Shown here piece by piece: positions 27,785 through 37,126 of a DNA stretch of 64,000 nt. The notes beneath the pieces were generated by a model. The model made no database searches. It was not told the DNA's origin and was given only the letters and a program-made list of their open reading frames with translations. The position numbers and the translations under genes were made by a program. Source of the DNA: Acidobacteriota bacterium (GTDB taxonomy: Bacteria > Acidobacteriota > UBA6911 > RPQK01 > CBDDCF01). The stretch lies in contig CBDDCF010000030.1 of assembly GCA_965225995.1 (NCBI GenBank), positions 36,101 through 100,100 on the forward strand. The letters run 5' to 3'. How positions within the stretch are numbered: the stretch's first letter is position 1; each line of letters begins with the position of its first letter.

Positions 27785-28320
27785 GAATCATTGCAGGCAC
27801 TTGGAAGAAGAGGAAACTGGCGCGGCCTCCTTCGGGAGTTCGTCCGACTAGTGATCGTTTGCGCGAGGCGATCTTCTCTCACCTGGGAGCGGTGACGGAT
27901 TCCGTCTGGCTGGACGCTTTTGCCGGTTCCGGAGCGATAGGCCTAGAAGCTTTGAGTCGGGGCGCCCGATTCGTCTATTTCAACGAGCGAAACCGGGCAG
28001 CTCAGGGGCTGCTCCTGCAGAACCTTGAAATCTGTGGGCCGGAACGAGGTTACGCCCTATCGCACACCGATGCGCTCTCTTTTCTGGGCCAGTCACGGCC
28101 CGACAAAGTCGACTACATCTACCTCGATCCTCCCTATCGAGGAGGCCTTGAAAAGAGGCTTCTCGAGACGATTGAGGCCACTCCCGAACTGGCGCAATGC
28201 ATAATTCTGCTGGAGCACTTCAAGAAAACTCAACTGCCGCTGGGTCGGAGCTGGGAGCTGCTCAAGACGCTAAAGGCGGCGGATAGCCGACTGGAGATCT
28301 TGCGACTCCAGCAGCAATGA
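27781..28320 (+). CDS. rsmD: 16S rRNA (guanine966-N2)-methyltransferase RsmD
   Basis: MRIIAG, LDAFAGSGAIGLEALSRGA and LDPPY motifs. ATGA overlap with the recG stop. Confidence 0.8.
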   Translation: MRIIAGTWKKRKLARPPSGVRPTSDRLREAIFSHLGAVTDSVWLDAFAGSGAIGLEALSRGARFVYFNERNRAAQGLLLQNLEICGPERGYALSHTDALSFLGQSRPDKVDYIYLDPPYRGGLEKRLLETIEATPELAQCIILLEHFKKTQLPLGRSWELLKTLKAADSRLEILRLQQQ

Positions 28321-28664
28321 GAAAAGCATGGATGCGCTTTTTTTAGCATTTTGATACGACTTTTTGCCGTCAGCGGCATCATTAGTCGAGATGAGTCAAG
28401 TGAGTGTCTTTTTCATGCTGCTAGGGATCGCCGCTTTTTATATTGGGCTAGCCCTGGCGATTGTTCTCTACCTTGTGAGCCACCGGCTCCGTAGAGAGCA
28501 TTGAGGATCGCGGGGGATGCGAGGCGCACTCTTGGCCGACCCGGCGGAGCCAAAACGACGAGCTCGGATTGAAAGGTCGCCGAGGTCGTTTCCAACGGGT
28601 CGGCTGATTCACTGAGCCGAGGCTGTCGGGCGCAAGTCAGCGTCAAAATACCCGGCAATCGCCT

Positions 28665-29159
28665 TCAATTCTGCTCCGACACAGGACGTCCGGGCCGGCT
28701 CTCCAGCATCATCAGGGCATAGCTCTTGACTGTGCCGCCATGTCGTTTGCGGAATCTCTCGGCGTTGATTGGGCTCCGGAACGCAATCAAGCTCGGCATG
28801 CAACGGTCCCAACTGAGCTCGAATTGCCCGCCGCTTCGATCCCTCTGCACTGAAGTCTTGCAACACAGCATCACCGAACTGTTCTCAACGAAAGTTGCAT
28901 TCTCGGCCGGCAGCGACTGTCCACTCTCGTAGTCCGTCACTTCCGCTCGAGCGACGTCGCTACGTCCCTCTTGAAAATGGAGCCCGCAACGGGGACAGCA
29001 AACCTGTTTGGTTTCCCCAGTTTGTAAATGGATACGGTAGTGAGTCTTCTCTTGCAGGGGACGCAGGCAGAAATCGCATTGCCCCTCGCCCCCCAACTGA
29101 GCACAACCGAATAGGAAACAACTCAGAAATAGCCAGCTCAGGAAACGTCGCACAACCAA
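28665..29159 (-). CDS. Cys-rich lipoprotein, possibly NosL-like copper chaperone family
   Basis: Lipobox FLFGCAQ; CDFC...CCPRC zinc-ribbon-like Cys cluster; C-terminal FRKRHGGTV resembles NosL. Confidence 0.3.
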   Translation of the reverse strand: MVVRRFLSWLFLSCFLFGCAQLGGEGQCDFCLRPLQEKTHYRIHLQTGETKQVCCPRCGLHFQEGRSDVARAEVTDYESGQSLPAENATFVENSSVMLCCKTSVQRDRSGGQFELSWDRCMPSLIAFRSPINAERFRKRHGGTVKSYALMMLESRPGRPVSEQN

Positions 29160-29300
29160 CTATTTTATCAGACGCCAAAGCTGCAGAATAGAGAGCTCTG
29201 ACAACCGCCCTGGGACGGGTTGGGCGCGTCCTAAAAGCGTTGCGCAAAGATTCCTGGATCATCCAGGAAAACTTTATCTTATTTAACCAGAAAAAGGGCC

Positions 29301-29483
29301 TTGGTCCTGGTCGAAGCTGGCGCCGAGCTGAATCGTCTCGACCCTCACTTTGAGGCGTCACCCCTCGGTTGGTCGCTCGAAAATGGTCATCTCGAGGTGG
29401 CCGAAGTTCTCCACGAAAAGGGTGCTACTCTCAACGCGCGACAGATCGAGAGGTTGGAAGATCTGCGAGGGAATAAGATCTGA
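29301..29483 (+). pseudogene. Ankyrin-repeat gene remnant (about 1.5 repeats)
   Basis: LVEAGAELNRLDPHFEASPLGWSLENGHLEVAEVLHEKGATLN matches the ANK consensus. Only 60 aa, with no plausible full-length context. Confidence 0.3.
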
Positions 29484-29815
29484 AATTTTTCTTAAGATTT
29501 CTCGGCCGCACACTTGTACGTTGTTCTGCATCTATCATTTCAGACCCGTAGCAAAAACTGAAAACCGGTTTCGATCGATCGCCGTTCCTGCCGATCGAGC
29601 GCCGAATAACAGAGCGCCAAGCGGCAGCGCGAGCGCGGGAAAGCGTGGCGACGATTCGCCGAAACTCCGCTTAAAACCGGGCCAGCGCTTCCGCTTGCGG
29701 TCCCGATATCTTGCGCCTGGCGAATGCACGTCACTGCTGCGCCCTGGGCTTTGCGACTCTGATACCCGCACTTTCGCTCTGATCGGCGCGGCGGTCGATC
29801 TAAATTGACTCTTTT

Positions 29816-29863
29816 CGGATGATCCCGGCCCTGCAGCCGAAAACTCATGACTATCCGGGCTAT
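29816..29863 (+). repeat. MITE-like element, copy B
   Basis: CGGATGATCCCGGCCCTGCAGCCGAAAACTCATGACTATCCGGGCTAT. Confidence 0.4.
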
Positions 29864-30018
29864 GTCTCTGCGATTGCATTTCGTTTGTATCTCGGCGGCC
29901 TCAGCGATGTCAGCTCCTCTTGGTTCCCCGGTGAACCAGTTTGACTCCCTGCACCCGCGCTCACTAAAATCGCGCCGAGAATTGTTTCAGCGAGTCCGTT
30001 CGAGTCACCGGGGATCTG

Positions 30019-31788
30019 ATGTCCGAATACAAGAGCTTTGAAGACCAGCTTGTAAACCGCGAGACTTGGCAACATCGTTGGGGTTTTGCCGATACTCGTT
30101 TTGTCCTCAACCGAGATCGCTCCGTCGAACTCAGCGGAGATCGCTACCCCCTTTGTGGGTACCGCATGTACGATTTTATCCCGTACATCGAGAGCGTTCT
30201 GGATGTGAAACTCGACTTCGACAAACGGCGCCCTGAAGTGGAGCCAAAGCAGGTTTCGCCGACCCGTATCGACGCTGGTTTTGTGCAATCTCTCGAGAGT
30301 TTTCTGCGCTCCGATCAGATCACTACCGAGGACTCGGTCCGGCTTCAGCACAGTCATGGCCAGACGACTGCCGACGAAGTCTTCCGAGTTCTTTTCGGCC
30401 ACATCGATCGGGTTGTGGATCTGGTGGTCTTCCCAGAATCTCAAGATGAGGCTGTCGCGGTTGTTCGGCAGGCGGCGGAGTCAGGAGTTTGTTTGGTCCC
30501 TTTTGGAGGCGGCACCAGCGTGAGCAGTGCGTTGAAGCTCCCGCAGGCTGATTCGCGCTCGATGGTTGCGATCGATACGCGGCGCATGAACCAGATTGAG
30601 TGGATCGATCGGGAGAATCTGCAAGCCTGTGTACAGGCCGGTATGACAGGTCTCGAAATGGAGGCCGCCCTGGCTCGCGAGGGTCTGACTTCAGGTCACG
30701 AACCCGACAGCATGGAACTCTCCACAGTCGGGGGATGGATTGCCACCAACGCCAGCGGGATGAAGAAGAACCGCTACGGCAATATCGAGGATATTGTCGA
30801 GAACATCTCGATGATCACACCGGTCGGACTGGTTGAGCAGAAATTGCCGATTTCCCGGGCTTCAATCGGGATTCAGCCTCTCAATCTACTTTTTGGGAGT
30901 GAAGGGAATCTGGGCCTCATCACACGTGCCGTGCTCAAAGTCCATCCGTTACCTGGAGTGAAGAAGTACGGTTCTCTGGTGTTCCCAAGCTTTGAGAATG
31001 GCGTGGATTTTCTGAACGAACTGGTCTACACCGCTTACGTGCCAGCCAGTATTCGTCTGGTCGATAACATTCAATTTCGCTTCGGGCAGGCCCTCAAGCC
31101 GAGGGCAGAGGGCGGCAAGGCGTTTTTGGATCGTCTGAAGAAGCTCTATCTCCTCAAGCTCAAGGGCTTCGATCCAGACAAGCTGGCAGCCGCCACGATT
31201 GTCATGGAAGGCAGTCGCCATGAGGTGGAGTTCCAGGAGTCGAGCATCTACCGGTTGGCGAAACGGTTTCAAGGACTGCGGGGTGGGTCTGAGAACGGGC
31301 GCCGTGGCTACATGCTGACCTATGCGATTGCTTATATCCGCGATTTTCTGGCCGATTTTCACATCGTCGGAGAAACCTTCGAGACCAGTGTTCCCTGGAA
31401 CAAGATTGATGAAGTATGTCAGGCAGTGCGGAGAAGGGCCGACGAGCTGCATCGGCAACATGGCTTGCCGGGACGCTGCTACGTTTCGCATCGTGTGACC
31501 CAGATCTACCACAGCGGGGTCTGTGTTTACTTCATGTTCGGTTTCTATGTGGGCGGAGTGGAAGATCCGGAGGAGGTTTTTGCACGAATTGAACACAGTC
31601 TACGGGAAACTATTATCGAAAACGGTGGTTCGGTGTCACACCATCATGGGGTAGGGAAGATTCGTAAGGACTTCATGCGGGACACACTCAGCCCGGCGAG
31701 CATCGAAATCCTCAAGAACCTGAAAAGGTCGAGCGATCCGGCCAACATCTTTGGGATTCGGAACAATATCTTTGCCGAGGAAGAATAG
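30019..31788 (+). CDS. Alkyldihydroxyacetonephosphate synthase-like FAD-linked oxidase (AGPS family)
   Basis: FAD_binding_4 region (VVFPESQDEAVAVVRQAAESGVCLVPFGGGTS) and FAD-oxidase C-domain. The N-terminal extension and HHHGVGK C-terminal motif are typical of alkyl-DHAP synthases. Confidence 0.7.
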   Translation: MSEYKSFEDQLVNRETWQHRWGFADTRFVLNRDRSVELSGDRYPLCGYRMYDFIPYIESVLDVKLDFDKRRPEVEPKQVSPTRIDAGFVQSLESFLRSDQITTEDSVRLQHSHGQTTADEVFRVLFGHIDRVVDLVVFPESQDEAVAVVRQAAESGVCLVPFGGGTSVSSALKLPQADSRSMVAIDTRRMNQIEWIDRENLQACVQAGMTGLEMEAALAREGLTSGHEPDSMELSTVGGWIATNASGMKKNRYGNIEDIVENISMITPVGLVEQKLPISRASIGIQPLNLLFGSEGNLGLITRAVLKVHPLPGVKKYGSLVFPSFENGVDFLNELVYTAYVPASIRLVDNIQFRFGQALKPRAEGGKAFLDRLKKLYLLKLKGFDPDKLAAATIVMEGSRHEVEFQESSIYRLAKRFQGLRGGSENGRRGYMLTYAIAYIRDFLADFHIVGETFETSVPWNKIDEVCQAVRRRADELHRQHGLPGRCYVSHRVTQIYHSGVCVYFMFGFYVGGVEDPEEVFARIEHSLRETIIENGGSVSHHHGVGKIRKDFMRDTLSPASIEILKNLKRSSDPANIFGIRNNIFAEEE

Positions 31789-31809
31789 AGTACTGAACGA
31801 GGAGCCGAC

Positions 31810-32661
31810 TTGCGAGGGAAAAAGGCAATTCTGACGGGAGCTTCTACCGGATTGGGGCGAGTCCTGGCTCTCCACTTGGCCGAGCAGGGAGTTTCAATCG
31901 TGCTTGCCGCGCGCCGCCGGGACGCTCTTGATGAACTGGCCCAAGTGATCCGGGATCGGGGAGGAAAGGCGCGCGCCGTTGTGACCGATGTCTCGCTGGC
32001 GGAGGATTGCCAATCTTTGGTTAAGCAGGCGATCGACTGGCTCGGTGGTGTCGACTATCTGGTCTTGAACGCCGGAGTCAGCATGTGGGCCAGGCTGGAA
32101 GACATCTCCGATGTCTCGATCTTCGAACGGGTCATGGCGACTAACTATCTGGGTGTCGTCTACTGTGTTCACGCTGCCTTGCCCTACCTGATCGACAGCC
32201 AAGGCTTGATCGTGACGGTTTCTTCTACGCAGGCCGTCCTGGGAATGCCTCACCATACCGGTTACACTGCCTCCAAGCACGCCGTGAAAGGATTTCTGGA
32301 AGCTCTGGAATTCGAGATGGATGGTCGCATCCAGCTGTTGAACGTGATGCCTGGCTGGATTCGCGGGACTGAAATGAGAGCCCACGCTTTCGTGGGCGAC
32401 GGCACGGAGACCGGATCGACACGGCGGCACAGCAGCGAATCCGTCTCGGTTGAAGAGTGTTCCGAGGCGATTATTGGGGCCATCAAGTCAGGTCAACGAG
32501 AACTCTTCATTCCCGCCAAGCTGCGGACAGTCCCTTGGCTCAAACTGCTGGCTCCCGGCTGGCTGCGTCGCAAGATTCGTCGCGTCGTCGCGGCCCAGCC
32601 GGAATCCAAGGACCGTCGTCGCAGGCGCAAGAAGAAAGTTAGAAGAAAGCAGGAGATTTGA
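31810..32661 (+). CDS. Short-chain dehydrogenase/reductase (SDR) with basic C-terminal tail
   Basis: TGASTGLGR Rossmann motif, NAG, and YTASK active site. C-terminal RRRRKKKVRRKQEI tail. Confidence 0.7.
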   Translation: MRGKKAILTGASTGLGRVLALHLAEQGVSIVLAARRRDALDELAQVIRDRGGKARAVVTDVSLAEDCQSLVKQAIDWLGGVDYLVLNAGVSMWARLEDISDVSIFERVMATNYLGVVYCVHAALPYLIDSQGLIVTVSSTQAVLGMPHHTGYTASKHAVKGFLEALEFEMDGRIQLLNVMPGWIRGTEMRAHAFVGDGTETGSTRRHSSESVSVEECSEAIIGAIKSGQRELFIPAKLRTVPWLKLLAPGWLRRKIRRVVAAQPESKDRRRRRKKKVRRKQEI

Positions 32662-32678
32662 TTTTGAAGAGACTCTAG

Positions 32679-33131
32679 ATTGGAGACAATGCTCCCGACT
32701 TTGAAGCAGAGACGGATCAGGGAGGCACGATTCGCTTGAGCGACTATCGCGGCAAGAAAGTTGTATTGTATTTCTATCCCAAAGACGATACCAGTGGCTG
32801 TACCCGGCAGGCCTGTGCCCTGCGTGACGACCACCCCCACATTGAAGCCGCCAAAGCCGTGGTCTTGGGTGTTAGTCCCGACAGCCGGAGCTCGCACGAA
32901 AAGTTTCGGCAGAAACACGAGCTCCCGTTCACCCTGCTGGTGGACAGCGATCATGCAATCGCTGAGGCCTATGCCACCTGGGGTGAGAAGTCGATGTATG
33001 GCCGGAAGTATATGGGGATCATCCGCAGCCAGTTCACCATCGATGAGCGGGGCAAGCTAATCGACGTTCAGTACAAGGTCAGTCCGGCCAAGAGTGCACC
33101 GCTGGTATTGAAATCGTTGCAGGTCGGATAA
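32679..33131 (+). CDS. bcp: Peroxiredoxin Bcp/PrxQ; conserved N-terminus encoded upstream of the first canonical start (TTG at 32736), implying an ATT start at 32679 or a sequence error
   Basis: IGDNAPDFEAETDQGGTIRLSDYRGKKVVLYFYPKDDTSGCTRQAC. An in-frame TAG lies immediately upstream of the ATT codon. Confidence 0.7.
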   Translation: MGDNAPDFEAETDQGGTIRLSDYRGKKVVLYFYPKDDTSGCTRQACALRDDHPHIEAAKAVVLGVSPDSRSSHEKFRQKHELPFTLLVDSDHAIAEAYATWGEKSMYGRKYMGIIRSQFTIDERGKLIDVQYKVSPAKSAPLVLKSLQVG

Positions 33132-33184
33132 GGCAGCGTTTTCGAAGCGATGGGCCGGAAGCGCTGCGCTGATAAGGAGGGGTC

Positions 33185-34834
33185 ATGAAGAATCGATCTT
33201 TGTCGTTGGTTTTACTCGGTTGTGGAATGTCATTGGCAGTGGCCCAAAGGGCTCCTCAGATAGATCGGATCACAGCGGATGATCTGAAAGCGGATCTTTA
33301 CTTCCTGGGCTCAGACGAAATGGCGGGTCGCCTGACCAATACGCCGGAGAATCGTCTGGCCGCCCAGTTCATTAAATCTCGCTTCGAGGCCTTCGGGTTA
33401 GAGCCGGTTAATGGATCCTACTTCCAATCCTACTTTCTGATGACATTTCAGTTGGGAACCGAGAATCGTTTGGAGATTCGCAGCAAGGGACTGAGTCTGC
33501 AAAAGCAATTGATGAGCGATTTCGTTCCCCTTAATTTTTCGGCCACCGGCTCAGCTCAGGGGGAGTTGGTTTTCGTCGGTTTTGGCATTGATGCTCCCGG
33601 ATTTTCCCAATCCGACTACCAAGGTGACGTGCGTGGCAAGATCGTTTTAGTGATGCAGCATGAGCCGGGTGAGAATGATCCGGATAGTCGGTTCGATGGA
33701 TTAGTCTCGTCGGAAGCTTCGCGTGACATTCGAAAAGCGCTCTGGGCGCAGAAGCATGGCGCCATTGGCATTGTCTTCGTCCCAGACGTTCACAACCACG
33801 GGGAGGGGGCTAACTTCGAACGTCGGGCCTCCCGTGTCTGGCCGACCCAAAGACGAAGAATTCCCCGTTTTGCGTTGGCATCCTGGGTAGAGAAAGTGCA
33901 GATTCCAGCGGTTTCCGTGTCGACCGAATTGGCCGAACATCTGATTAGCGGCAGTGGACACTCCTTACGAGACCTGGGATTCAGGGCGGAAAACGACGGA
34001 GGGATGTCTCCGCTACCCGTTCCCGGATATCAGATTCGGATCGAGACCGAGGTAGGGCGGACCAAGATCCAGGATCGTAATGTGGTCGGATTCCTCCCCG
34101 GTTCCGATCCGGAATTGAAGGATGAAGTGATCATCTTGTGTGCCCACTACGATCATGACGGGGCAAGCGAAACTCAGGTATACAACGGAGCGGATGATGA
34201 TGGCTCAGGCACGGTGGGATTGATTTCTCTGGCCCAAGCCTACAGCGCAGCCGCTCGGGCCGGTCAGCGACCGCGCCGCTCGCTGCTGTTTGCCGCCTGG
34301 AACTCCGAGGAACGGGGCCTGCTTGGGGCTTGGACTTACACCGAGAATCCTTTGTTTCCACTACAGCGTACCGCGGCCGTGTTCAACATGGACATGATCG
34401 GCCGCAACGAAGAAGTTCCTGCCGGTGGAGGTCGCCGTTTTCGGGGCTTGGAGCCTCAGACTGCAGAATCGAACAACAACGCCGTCAATGTGATGGGCTA
34501 TACGTTCAACCGCGAACTCCGAGCGATGGCTGAGAAAACCGGGAGTGAGATGGGTCTCACTCTTCGCTTTCGCTACGACAATAACCCGTCGAATTTGTTG
34601 CGTCGCAGCGATCATTGGCCTTTTCTTCAGAGAGGGGTTCCGGCTCTCTTCTTCCATACCGGGCTGCACCCTGACTATCACCCTCCTAACGATCGCCCCG
34701 AGCGCATCAACTATCCCAAGATGGAGAAGATCCTGCGGGTCATTTATCAGTTAACCTGGGAGGTCGCAGATCGGGATGGGCTCGTCGAATTCCATCGGCC
34801 TGTTCTCGAGACTCGGGGCCACATAGAAGAGTAG
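33185..34834 (+). CDS. M28-family aminopeptidase with PA domain, secreted
   Basis: Signal peptide plus M28 zinc-ligand motifs (HYDH, DDDGSG, EERGLLG, HTGLHPDYH). Confidence 0.75.
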   Translation: MKNRSLSLVLLGCGMSLAVAQRAPQIDRITADDLKADLYFLGSDEMAGRLTNTPENRLAAQFIKSRFEAFGLEPVNGSYFQSYFLMTFQLGTENRLEIRSKGLSLQKQLMSDFVPLNFSATGSAQGELVFVGFGIDAPGFSQSDYQGDVRGKIVLVMQHEPGENDPDSRFDGLVSSEASRDIRKALWAQKHGAIGIVFVPDVHNHGEGANFERRASRVWPTQRRRIPRFALASWVEKVQIPAVSVSTELAEHLISGSGHSLRDLGFRAENDGGMSPLPVPGYQIRIETEVGRTKIQDRNVVGFLPGSDPELKDEVIILCAHYDHDGASETQVYNGADDDGSGTVGLISLAQAYSAAARAGQRPRRSLLFAAWNSEERGLLGAWTYTENPLFPLQRTAAVFNMDMIGRNEEVPAGGGRRFRGLEPQTAESNNNAVNVMGYTFNRELRAMAEKTGSEMGLTLRFRYDNNPSNLLRRSDHWPFLQRGVPALFFHTGLHPDYHPPNDRPERINYPKMEKILRVIYQLTWEVADRDGLVEFHRPVLETRGHIEE

Positions 34835-34846
34835 TAGGCTTTCAGC

Positions 34847-35773
34847 ATGCTGAGAAACCTGATGCTCCGGGCCGCTGCCAACCCCGTTCTGGTACGAGCC
34901 TTCTCATCTTTGGGCCGCCGATCCGGACTCTCTCAGCGGTTCGTAGCGGGACAAAAGGTCGAAACCGCCATTGAAGTGGTGCGGAAGCTCAATACGGGAG
35001 GAATCGTCGCCACACTCGATCTGCTGGGAGAAGGCGTGCGACTCGCAGAAGAGGCTCGCCAGGCTACACAGGCCTACATCCAATTGCTGGGAGAAATCAG
35101 CAACCGGAACGTCCGTTCCGGCATATCGATCAAATTGACCCAGTTGGGACTCGATGTTTCACAGGAATTGACTCACGAAAATCTGGTCAAGATCCTGCTC
35201 AGGGCTGAGGCAGTCGGCATCTTCGTGCGGATTGACATGGAAGGATCGGACTACACCGATTCCACCATCCGGATCTTCGAACAGAATGCCGACCGCTTCG
35301 GCGCCCTCCGGGTCGGAATCGTCATTCAGGCCTACCTCCGTCGAAGTGAGGAAGATATTCGGCGGCTGGTCGCCAAGGGTTGTAGCATACGCCTTTGCAA
35401 AGGAGCGTACATGGAACCCTCCGAGATTGCCCTGCAAGACCAGCAGGATGTGGAGCGCAACTTCCTCATGCTGATGAAGATCCTGCTCACTTCGTCAGGC
35501 TACACCGCGATCGCCTCGCATGACCACAACATCATCGAAGAGGCATGCCGTTTCATCAACGAGACGGAGATCACGGGTAATCGGTACGAGTTTCAAATGC
35601 TCTATGGAGTGCGCCGCGAGTATCAGCAACAGCTCAAAGACCGGGGCTACAAGGTCCGGGTGTATGTTCCTTTCGGAACCCAGTGGGCACCCTATTTCAT
35701 GCGCCGGTTGGCAGAACGTCCAGCCAATGTCCTTTTCATCGCCAGGGCTATCTTGCTAGACGAGCGATTCTGA
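34847..35773 (+). CDS. Proline dehydrogenase (monofunctional PRODH, PutA-like TIM barrel)
   Basis: ~308 aa; LCKGAY motif and the conserved C-terminal Y...R...E region. Confidence 0.75.
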   Translation: MLRNLMLRAAANPVLVRAFSSLGRRSGLSQRFVAGQKVETAIEVVRKLNTGGIVATLDLLGEGVRLAEEARQATQAYIQLLGEISNRNVRSGISIKLTQLGLDVSQELTHENLVKILLRAEAVGIFVRIDMEGSDYTDSTIRIFEQNADRFGALRVGIVIQAYLRRSEEDIRRLVAKGCSIRLCKGAYMEPSEIALQDQQDVERNFLMLMKILLTSSGYTAIASHDHNIIEEACRFINETEITGNRYEFQMLYGVRREYQQQLKDRGYKVRVYVPFGTQWAPYFMRRLAERPANVLFIARAILLDERF

Positions 35774-36074
35774 AATAACGTACCAATTGTTGGGAGCGCG
35801 ACGCGAGTCAGGTCGAGGCGCGAGGACGAGATTGATGCAGGCCATCTTCGAGCTCCGAGCAACAAAGAGCTGGCCGCGTCTCGCCCCCACCCTACGGGCG
35901 AACGGGGCTTGTTGTACAGCCTGCAAGCTGTAGCTGGCCTGGCCAACAAAATGTTGCGGCCGATCTCTGTGTCGAGAGTCGTCGAAGATGCCGGGTATCG
36001 AACTTCCTCCTCTCTCCTTGACCTCGACTCGCAAGACCCGTTCGCAATGGGCACGTTATTTCGGAATCGCTTGT

Positions 36075-36947
36075 CTAGACCCGATGAACGGTGGCGACAT
36101 AGTGCCTTAGATCGCTGAGGCAGTTGAAGTGCTGGCAGTCATGAAAAACCTCCTCGAGTTCATGAGATTCGAAACCCTGCCCATAGAGCAGAACCGGAAG
36201 CCGATATTCTTCAATCACTTCGGAAAGCGCTTCGATGCCGTCGCTGGGATGAACTTCCCCTGTCGAAACCAGGCAAACCAGATTGACCGGCTCTCTTAGC
36301 ACCATTTCCGCGACCATTCGGAAGGATACCGAACTCCCCAGATTGAGGCACTCCCAGCCATCGGTCTCCAGGATTCTAGCGATTCCATTGACCGTCAGTG
36401 GTCGGAATGAGTCGGGAGTTGCGCAAAGACCCATCTTGCCATTCGGTCGTCGGCGAATCACCTGCGGAAACATATAGCTCATCGACTCTTCGAGGTTATT
36501 GCTGATCAGCCGAATCTGACCTCCCGTAATTTTACCTCCGCGCCTTCTCTGTAACGCCGCCTCCAGGATTGGAACCAGAATTCGGTCATAGATTTCGACC
36601 ACGCCGACTCCCCGCAGGTAGAGCCGTTCCAGCAGTTCTTTGATCTGCATGCGCTGATTTCGAGTCGCCAGATAAAGCAACTGCTTGCGCACTTCTTCGA
36701 AATTCTTCTGATTGAGGAAAATCTCGATGTTGGGATTCTCCCAGTGCTCCGATGTGAGCAGGCCAGTCGTTTCGAAACCCCTCTCCCGTTGAAACTCATG
36801 AATGTCCTGCAAGATGAATCGGCGATGCCCTCCCGGCGTCCGCCGGCAGCTCAGAGAGCCAGAGTCGGCCCAGCGCTTGACCGTTGACTCGCTCACATTC
36901 CACATTTGGGCAACTTCGCGTGTGGTGTAGGTACGACTCAGACTCAT
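36075..36947 (-). CDS. MerR-family transcriptional regulator with C-terminal B12-binding-like (Rossmann) domain
   Basis: N-terminal HTH YTTREVAQMWNVSESTVKRWADSG. C-terminal domain resembles the CarH/LitR B12-binding fold, but the canonical DxHxxG His is not evident. Confidence 0.5.
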   Translation of the reverse strand: MSLSRTYTTREVAQMWNVSESTVKRWADSGSLSCRRTPGGHRRFILQDIHEFQRERGFETTGLLTSEHWENPNIEIFLNQKNFEEVRKQLLYLATRNQRMQIKELLERLYLRGVGVVEIYDRILVPILEAALQRRRGGKITGGQIRLISNNLEESMSYMFPQVIRRRPNGKMGLCATPDSFRPLTVNGIARILETDGWECLNLGSSVSFRMVAEMVLREPVNLVCLVSTGEVHPSDGIEALSEVIEEYRLPVLLYGQGFESHELEEVFHDCQHFNCLSDLRHYVATVHRV

Positions 36948-37126
36948 ATGAAGGCCACAAGATTGGCGATGTTGACGCCAAGCGAAACACCCGGGCGGAT
37001 CAGGCGACAGTCACGAATGATATGAGGGCCGGATAAGGGAAGTCAACCGCCACCGGGACCATGCCCTGCGTGAGGATTGGGCAGTCCCACCCGACCCGTC
37101 CACTCAAACTGATATAGAATAGTGAG

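Noticed and set aside
28321-28345. Rho-independent terminator after rsmD (gcatggatgcgcttttttt)
   Set aside because: The T-tract is present, but the upstream sequence does not form a convincing GC-rich stem.
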